A stretch of DNA of 55,618 bases from Thermodesulfobacteriota bacterium (GTDB taxonomy: Bacteria; Desulfobacterota_D; UBA1144; Nemesobacterales; N074bin48), in contig JBFFSH010000004.1 in the NCBI GenBank assembly GCA_041572575.1, positions 1 through 55,618 on the forward strand, written 5' to 3'. The position numbers and the translations under genes are program-made. Shown here one piece after another: positions 49,362-55,618 of the stretch (position 1 is its first letter; each line of letters starts with the position of its first letter). Below the pieces are notes generated by a model that made no database searches, was not told the DNA's origin, and worked only from the letters and a program-made list of their open reading frames with translations.

Positions 49362-50705
49362 CTAGAGTATATAGCGGCTCAAATCCCTGTCCTTAACTAT
49401 GTCTGATATTTTGTTTTTAATATACTCTGAATCTACCCGAAATTCTGTATCATGAATATCAGGGGCATCAAATGATATTTCTTCAAGAATCTTTTCCAGT
49501 ATTGTATGAAGCCTTCTGGCACCTATATTCTCTGTGGTCTCGTTTACCTCTTCTGCCAGCTCGGCAAGCCTTATTATCGCATCATCGGTAAATTCAAGAG
49601 AAATGTTTTCAGTCTTTAAAAGCTCCTTGTACTGTTTTATGAGTGCATTTTTAGGCTCTGTTAAGATTCTTACAAAATCATCTTTAGATAGTGCATCAAG
49701 CTCTACCCTGATTGGAAACCTTCCCTGAAGCTCCGGTATGAGGTCAGACGGCTTAGAGACATGAAATGCCCCTGCTCCAACAAAAAGAATGTGGTCGGTT
49801 TTTACTAGCCCATGTTTGGTGTTTACAGTACAGCCCTCAATTATAGGAAGCAGATCCCTCTGTACTCCTTCGCGTGAAACATCAGGGCCGGACGAAGCTT
49901 CCCTCCCGCATATCTTATCTATTTCGTCCACAAAGACTATTCCCGACTGCTCCACCCTTTCCACGGCCTGCTTTACAACCTTATCCATATCTACAAGCTT
50001 CTGGGCCTCTTCCTGAACCAATGCTTCTAATGCATCGGGAACTTTGACCTTTTTTCTCTTGGACTTTTTGGGCATAAGATTTCCCAGCATATCCGAAATA
50101 TTTACATCCATCTCTTCAATGCCCGACTGTGAGAAAATCTGAAGCGGAAAGTTTTTGGCAGTGACTTCAATCTCGATTGACCTGTCGTCAAGCTTCCCTT
50201 CCCTTAACATCTTTCTCATCTTTTGTCTGGTCTCGCTCTGTGATTCGGCCTCAGGCTCAGCATCGCCTGTCTTTGGAAGCAATATGTCAAGGATCCTTTC
50301 TTCTGCAAGTTCCTTAGCTTTGCTGATCACATTTTTCTTTTCTTCTTCGGTTATCATTTTTACAGCAATATCCGCAAGGTCCCTTATCATGGACTCCACA
50401 TCTCTTCCTACATAGCCAACCTCTGTAAACTTTGAAGCCTCCACTTTTAAAAACGGCGCCTGTGAAAGCCTTGCAAGCCTTCTTGCAATTTCAGTCTTAC
50501 CAACTCCTGTTGGACCAATCATAAGAATGTTTTTTGGCGCAATCTCATCTCTCATCTCAGCTGACACCCTCTGCCTTCTCCACCTGTTCCTAAGGGCAAT
50601 TGAGACTGCTTTTTTGGCCTCTTTTTGACCAACTATAAACTTATCCAGCTCTGTTACGGTTTCTCTTGGTGTAAGAGTGATTAAATTATTTTCAGCTTTA
50701 TCCAC
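49362..50705 (-). CDS. hslU: ATP-dependent protease ATPase subunit HslU
   Basis: [24 protein letters not shown]-domain, [15 protein letters not shown]. Confidence 0.98.
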   Translation of the reverse strand: MDKAENNLITLTPRETVTELDKFIVGQKEAKKAVSIALRNRWRRQRVSAEMRDEIAPKNILMIGPTGVGKTEIARRLARLSQAPFLKVEASKFTEVGYVGRDVESMIRDLADIAVKMITEEEKKNVISKAKELAEERILDILLPKTGDAEPEAESQSETRQKMRKMLREGKLDDRSIEIEVTAKNFPLQIFSQSGIEEMDVNISDMLGNLMPKKSKRKKVKVPDALEALVQEEAQKLVDMDKVVKQAVERVEQSGIVFVDEIDKICGREASSGPDVSREGVQRDLLPIIEGCTVNTKHGLVKTDHILFVGAGAFHVSKPSDLIPELQGRFPIRVELDALSKDDFVRILTEPKNALIKQYKELLKTENISLEFTDDAIIRLAELAEEVNETTENIGARRLHTILEKILEEISFDAPDIHDTEFRVDSEYIKNKISDIVKDRDLSRYIL

Positions 50706-50709
50706 TAAT

Positions 50710-51243
50710 CTATAACTCCTCTATAACTATATTATCGTTTGTATAAATACATATTTCTGAAGCAATTAATAGCGACTGTTTTACTATCTCCTTAATCTCC
50801 AGATCAGAATGTCTCATAAGAGCCTTTGCAGCAGCCTGTGCAAAAGGACCTCCGGAACCTATGGCAATCACATCGTCATCAGGCTCTATAATATCCCCGC
50901 TTCCCGATATTAAAAACATCGATTCTTTATCTGCTACAATTAAAAGCGCTTCGAGCCTGCGCAGGATTCTGTCCGTTCTCCAGTCCTTTCCAAGCTCCAC
51001 TGCCGATCTTCTGAGGTTTCCCCTGAATTCCTGAAGCTTTGCCTCAAATTTATCAAAAAGAGTAATTGCATCAGCCGTGGATCCGGCAAATCCCACGACA
51101 ACCGAGTCATTGTAAATTCTTCTAAGCTTCTTTGCCGTGTGCTTTAGAGCAGTTGCCCCGAGCGTAACCTGTCCGTCTCCTGCAATGGCTATTTTTTCTC
51201 CTTTCTTAACACAAACAATTGTAGTGCTTCTTAAATCTTTCAT
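50710..51243 (-). CDS. hslV: ATP-dependent protease peptidase subunit HslV
   Basis: Short propeptide then [22 protein letters not shown]. Confidence 0.98.
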   Translation of the reverse strand: MKDLRSTTIVCVKKGEKIAIAGDGQVTLGATALKHTAKKLRRIYNDSVVVGFAGSTADAITLFDKFEAKLQEFRGNLRRSAVELGKDWRTDRILRRLEALLIVADKESMFLISGSGDIIEPDDDVIAIGSGGPFAQAAAKALMRHSDLEIKEIVKQSLLIASEICIYTNDNIVIEEL

Positions 51244-51270
51244 ATATAAAATCCTCTTAACTTAAAACTT

Positions 51271-52149
51271 CTATGATCTGGGATGGGTTTTATCGTAAAC
51301 TTCCATGATACGTTCTATGGAAGTGTGTGTATATTTTTGTGTAACAGAAAGGCTTGAGTGCCCGAGCATATCCTGTATTGCTCTTAGATCAGCGCCGCTT
51401 CCAAGAAGATGCGTGGCAAATGAGTGCCTGAGCGCATGGGGGCTGATATTCTTGCTGAGTGATGCAGCCTGAGCAAACTTTTTAACAATCCGTCCTATGC
51501 TTCTTTCGGATATTTTGTCACCTCTGTTATTTATAAAAACATTATCTGTCTTTGGTTTTAACAGCTCTCTTTTCTGCAAATATTCCAAAAGCGATTCGAT
51601 AGCCTTTTTTCCTACGGGAACGATTCGCTGCTTGCTGCCTTTACCAAGAAGCTTGAGTTCATTTTTATCAATATTCAAACTATCTAGTTTTAAATTTACA
51701 AGCTCACCAACGCGAATACCACTTGAATACATGAGTTCGAGCATGGCTTTATCCCTTATGCCCCGCACTCCTTTATAAACACTCTGGTCTATGAGCCTGA
51801 ACATTTCATCGACTGATAAAAATACCGGGAGTTTCTTCTCTTTTTTTGGTGTAGGAATGAGCTTTGCCGGATTTGACTTAATAATTTTTTCTTTTTGCAG
51901 ATAATCAAAGAAAGCACGAAGTGAGGCAAGCTTCCTTTCAATGGTAGATTTAGAGTTTTTCGTGTTTAGAAGTCCCATATACATGCGAATATGTGAATCA
52001 TTAATTTCATTTAGATCAGATGCTATATTCTTAGACTGCAAAAACCGGGCAAAGTCGTCCAGGTCCTTACCATAGGCTCTTAAGGTATGGGCAGAGTAAT
52101 TTCGTTCAGAGTCCAAATAATTCTTAAATTGATTAATATAGCCTGTCAT
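51271..52149 (-). CDS. xerC: tyrosine recombinase XerC
   Basis: HTLRAY, RD.AMLELMYSSGIR, GKGSKQR, HALRHSFATH, LGH, Y. Chromosomal position upstream of hslVU. Confidence 0.88.
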   Translation of the reverse strand: MTGYINQFKNYLDSERNYSAHTLRAYGKDLDDFARFLQSKNIASDLNEINDSHIRMYMGLLNTKNSKSTIERKLASLRAFFDYLQKEKIIKSNPAKLIPTPKKEKKLPVFLSVDEMFRLIDQSVYKGVRGIRDKAMLELMYSSGIRVGELVNLKLDSLNIDKNELKLLGKGSKQRIVPVGKKAIESLLEYLQKRELLKPKTDNVFINNRGDKISERSIGRIVKKFAQAASLSKNISPHALRHSFATHLLGSGADLRAIQDMLGHSSLSVTQKYTHTSIERIMEVYDKTHPRS

Positions 52150-52194
52150 TTTTAAAGGTTATACAATAAGCATTATGCTTAGTTGTTCAAGGGC

Positions 52195-52437
52195 TTAGAG
52201 TTTTTTGGAGCAAATATAGAAGAATTCATTGCCAAATTCCCAGCCTGTTGTAATAATTTGAAGCTGTCCTGATGAGACCATCCCTTTAAGCTCATCGAGT
52301 ATTTCTCCTTTTAGTTCAGCCTTGTCTTTTTCAGGAAAATCTTCTTTTATCTTCGAAGCAAGAGCTTCAATATTAGAGTTGCCCTCTCCAAGTCCTGTAC
52401 ACATTGACTTTAATAAACTAGTTTGAATATCTGACAT
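52195..52437 (-). CDS. small hypothetical protein
   Basis: 80-aa ORF with AGGAG RBS. Confidence 0.65.
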   Translation of the reverse strand: MSDIQTSLLKSMCTGLGEGNSNIEALASKIKEDFPEKDKAELKGEILDELKGMVSSGQLQIITTGWEFGNEFFYICSKKL

Positions 52438-52543
52438 AAAATCTCCTAACTAATATATTTTTATCCAAATATAGTAAATCCATTAAAAAACAGAATACTA
52501 TAACAAATATATTGGATTATTTCTATCCAACAGGCCTTAAGCA

Positions 52544-53749
52544 ATGAAGATTCTAATCTATACTCACGAATACCCGCCGTTTCTTGGCGGGCTTGCAACC
52601 ACCAGTTACAAACTTATAAGAGGTCTGTCCAAGAAAGATGATCTGGAAATATTTATATTAGCACCTTCCTATGGAGCCGGAGATGAAAGTGTTGATAAAG
52701 AGCATGGTGAGAAAATAGTAAGAGTTCCAATATTACGTTCAAAGATCGCAAAATTTATTCCTATTTTATACTATTTAATATCGAGTATCTTTTTTTATAT
52801 TTCTTTGAAAAAAATAAAACCAGACCTCGTCTTGTTTATAACGGAAGAAGCAGAAGCAACCGGTGGCTTTGTAAGCTATTTTTGTGATTTCACTTCTATT
52901 GCAAGGGTAGCAGGTTCTGGAATAACAACCTGTTTTCTAGGCAATAAACCATTTAAAAAATTACTAAAATATCCAATTGCCAGGTTATATAAAATATCTA
53001 AAAAAATTATAGCCGTAAGCAATTATTCAAAGGACCTGCTTTTACAAGTTGGAGTAGATGGAGAGAAAATAACAGTAATAAACAATGGAATAAGTGAACA
53101 ACTAATTTCTAAATCTACAGATAATAAAAAACTTAATAAAATAAAAAAAACGTATTCAATAAAAACTGATGAAAAAATATTGGTTACGATTGCAAGAATT
53201 CTACCTAGAAAAGGGCAGGACAATGTAATAAGGGCGCTTAAATTGGCAGAGGATGAGCTTGGTGACTTTAGATATCTAATAGTAGGCACAGGCAGGTATG
53301 AAACTCAGTTTAAAGAACTTGCCAGGTCATTGGGGCTGGAAGATAAAGTTATTTTCACCGGAGGCGTCGATCACGACGAAATCATACACTGTCTGGACCT
53401 TTGCGACCTCTTTATTCATGCCAACAGGTTTTGGAACAACAAGGTCGAGGGACTTCCAAACGCGGTGCTTGAAGCAAGCGCGAGGGCAAAACCCGTTATA
53501 GTTGGAAATGACAGCGGCTCTATTGAATCTGTTATAGACGGTAAAACCGGATTCTTGGTAGATTCAGAGAGTCCCGAACAAATAGCGCAGGCTATTTTAA
53601 AAATTCTTTCTGATCCCGGACTTGCACAAACAATGGGCAAAAATGGAAAACAGATGATTGTACAGAGATTTACTGAAGAAGAAATGATTGAAAATTACTA
53701 TAATCTCTTTAAGTCCTTATATAACTCAGATGACAACCCTGTAGCTTAA
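52544..53749 (+). CDS. glycosyltransferase family 4 (GT-B)
   Basis: EYPPFLGG, ARILPRKG, EGLPNAVLEA, DGKTGFLV. Confidence 0.92.
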   Translation: MKILIYTHEYPPFLGGLATTSYKLIRGLSKKDDLEIFILAPSYGAGDESVDKEHGEKIVRVPILRSKIAKFIPILYYLISSIFFYISLKKIKPDLVLFITEEAEATGGFVSYFCDFTSIARVAGSGITTCFLGNKPFKKLLKYPIARLYKISKKIIAVSNYSKDLLLQVGVDGEKITVINNGISEQLISKSTDNKKLNKIKKTYSIKTDEKILVTIARILPRKGQDNVIRALKLAEDELGDFRYLIVGTGRYETQFKELARSLGLEDKVIFTGGVDHDEIIHCLDLCDLFIHANRFWNNKVEGLPNAVLEASARAKPVIVGNDSGSIESVIDGKTGFLVDSESPEQIAQAILKILSDPGLAQTMGKNGKQMIVQRFTEEEMIENYYNLFKSLYNSDDNPVA

Positions 53750-53773
53750 GCCCCCTGGAGACCCTGGAGAGTA

Positions 53774-55618
53774 TTAGTGCATCCACCTTTCTTTCCATAT
53801 TTGAAACATCAGCATATACCAGATCCTTTCTGCCTTTACACTTTTACCATTATATAGTTTATCCACCCAGGACTTTGTTGTTTTAGGACAGAATATGCCA
53901 TCCTGCTTTATTTTTTCTTCACCCAGATAATGTTGTACAAGAGGCTTAAGATCAGTTGTAAGCCATTTAAGCACAGGGGAAGTAAAACCTCTTTTTGGCC
54001 TGTCCCACAGGTCGCGAGGAATATATTTTTCCAGCACTTTTTTTAAAATATATTTAGACTGTCCATCCTTGTGTTTTAGATGTGACGGTATACGGGCTGC
54101 AAATTCGAGCAGCCTGTGGTCAAGAAGCGGCTCTCTGCTCTCAAGACTCACGCTCATAGAAGCCCTGTCCACTTTTGTGAGTATGTCATCACACATATAG
54201 GTTTTAAAATCCGCAGCAAGCATCTGATTCATATAATCATCTTCGCTTAAGCGGCAAAAGCTTTCATCAAACACTTCATCTGTAAAAGGAATGGAATATG
54301 GGTCGATTATAAGTTCATCTAACTCATTATCTCTCCATTTGGCATGAGTTATTTTATGTATATTTTTGAGATTTCTTTTTACTCCCTGCTCTATCATCGC
54401 CTGAAAACTTGAGTATTTATCAAACACTCCTCTAACTTCTGGCAGCAAAAATTTAAGGTGGCCGTATAGATACTCCACGCTATCTGGACTTATGCCGGAT
54501 ATTGTTTTTTGTATCAGATTCTTGATCGCAGAGGGGTAACGGTTTATATGGTCATAATAGTACACTGCCTTGTTGTATCTGTTATAACCAAAAAACATCT
54601 CGTCACCGCCATCTGCAGAAAGGGCCACCGTGACATCCTGCCTTGCAAGCTTTGATACAAGATATGTAGGGATACCAGAATTGTCTCCAAACGGCTCGTC
54701 ATATATTTCTGCAAGCCTGTCTACTACATCCAGTGCTTCCTTACCGGACACATAGTACTCCGTGTGGTCTGTGCCAAGATAATCTGCAATCCTCTTTGCA
54801 TGACAAGCTTCATTGTATTTATCTTCATAAAACCCTATTGAGAAGGTTTTTAGCTTAGAACTCATGTTTTTTTGAAGAAGGGCAGTTACTATGCTCGAAT
54901 CTACCCCACCGCTTAAAAACACACCCACCGGAACATCCGATACCATCCTGTATTTGAATGAGTCGATAAGCATCTCTTCAAGCTGTTCTGTAATTTCATA
55001 CTCGGAGTGTGTAAGCTTATCCTTTAAATAGTGATCTAAAATATCCCAGTATTTAACTTCATTAATTGTATGATCTTCAAAACAAACATAATGACCTGGT
55101 CTTACGCAGTTAGTATCCTTAAAAATAGTCCTTGGGTTTGATATAAACCCATATTTTAAATATGTCGGCAGAACACGATAATCTATTTCTTTTGGAAATT
55201 TAGGATGTTCATGAAGCGCTTTTAGTTCTGAAGCAAATAGTAACAGACCGTTGTTATGATAGTAATAAAGGGGTTTTACTCCGGCTCTGTCACGAATGAG
55301 AAAGAGTTTCTTTTCTCTTGAGTCCCACAGGGCAATTGCAAACATTCCTATAAACTTGTGTATACAGTCAATTCCCCACTGTTCATAGGCCTTTATAAGA
55401 ACCTCGGTATCGGAATTGCTCTTAAAACTGTAGCCCTGCTGGATAAGCTCCTGCCTTATTTCCTTAAAGTTATACAGCTCTCCGTTGTATGTAACCCATA
55501 CTGTGCCTTTATCATTAGACATGGGCTGTCTGCCAAGAGAAGAAACATCAAGTATAGAAAGCCTTGCGTGTGCAAGCCCGATGTTGTTTTTTTCATCAAT
55601 ATATTCTCCCTTATCATC
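53774..55618 (-). CDS. asnB: asparagine synthase (glutamine-hydrolysing) family amidotransferase, 5'-truncated by the window
   Basis: Frame is open to the window edge (…IGLAHARLSILD…GRQPM). YNGELYN, SDTEV, RDRAGVKP, FLSGGVDSS, SGDG-like SADGGDE, KVDRASM, PKRGF. Confidence 0.9.
   Translation of the reverse strand, partial: DDKGEYIDEKNNIGLAHARLSILDVSSLGRQPMSNDKGTVWVTYNGELYNFKEIRQELIQQGYSFKSNSDTEVLIKAYEQWGIDCIHKFIGMFAIALWDSREKKLFLIRDRAGVKPLYYYHNNGLLLFASELKALHEHPKFPKEIDYRVLPTYLKYGFISNPRTIFKDTNCVRPGHYVCFEDHTINEVKYWDILDHYLKDKLTHSEYEITEQLEEMLIDSFKYRMVSDVPVGVFLSGGVDSSIVTALLQKNMSSKLKTFSIGFYEDKYNEACHAKRIADYLGTDHTEYYVSGKEALDVVDRLAEIYDEPFGDNSGIPTYLVSKLARQDVTVALSADGGDEMFFGYNRYNKAVYYYDHINRYPSAIKNLIQKTISGISPDSVEYLYGHLKFLLPEVRGVFDKYSSFQAMIEQGVKRNLKNIHKITHAKWRDNELDELIIDPYSIPFTDEVFDESFCRLSEDDYMNQMLAADFKTYMCDDILTKVDRASMSVSLESREPLLDHRLLEFAARIPSHLKHKDGQSKYILKKVLEKYIPRDLWDRPKRGFTSPVLKWLTTDLKPLVQHYLGEEKIKQDGIFCPKTTKSWVDKLYNGKSVKAERIWYMLMFQIWKERWMH

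Noticed and set aside
51271-52149. Tyrosine recombinase as the integrase of a mobile element
   Set aside because: Length, motifs and position before hslVU fit chromosomal XerC. No att repeats or cargo seen.
53753-53770. 9-bp tandem repeat CCCTGGAGA x2 between GT4 and asnB
   Set aside because: Only two copies, no spacer structure, plausible by chance.

Overview
A moderately AT-rich, gene-dense chromosomal window from a Gram-negative bacterium. Gene order (xerC-hslVU-argBDF; pgpA-cinA-recA-pilT; tsaB-DUF465-ilvBNC-psd-pssA) resembles deltaproteobacteria-type lineages, possibly Ca. Dadabacteria (inference only). Most of it is housekeeping: rimO, fmt, nadK, frameshifted prfB, lepA, rsfS, nadD, ribD, ftsY, dnaE, selO, ilvBNC, recA, uvrC, argBDF, hslUV, xerC. 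An accessory block at about 17.1-27.5 kb holds the most interesting signal. (1) A PAS-GAF sigma54 activator sits divergently from a correctly spaced -24/-12 promoter with tandem candidate enhancer sites and a candidate IHF site. The promoter drives an exported cysteine hydrolase and a surface-anchored protein made of two duplicated Cys-containing, allene-oxide-cyclase/dirigent-like domains. (2) A MarR regulator with a C-terminal four-Cys motif sits divergently from a lipoprotein cytochrome c'-beta-type gene, with two copies of a 21-bp palindromic operator between them. Other oddities are a ClpX paralog lacking the zinc-binding domain, a minimal PD-(D/E)xK-like protein, a pgpA with no in-frame ATG/GTG/TTG start and an alternative sigma70 factor with an altered region 2.4. 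I found no tRNA, rRNA, CRISPR array or transposase. All family assignments come from motif recognition, not database searches.
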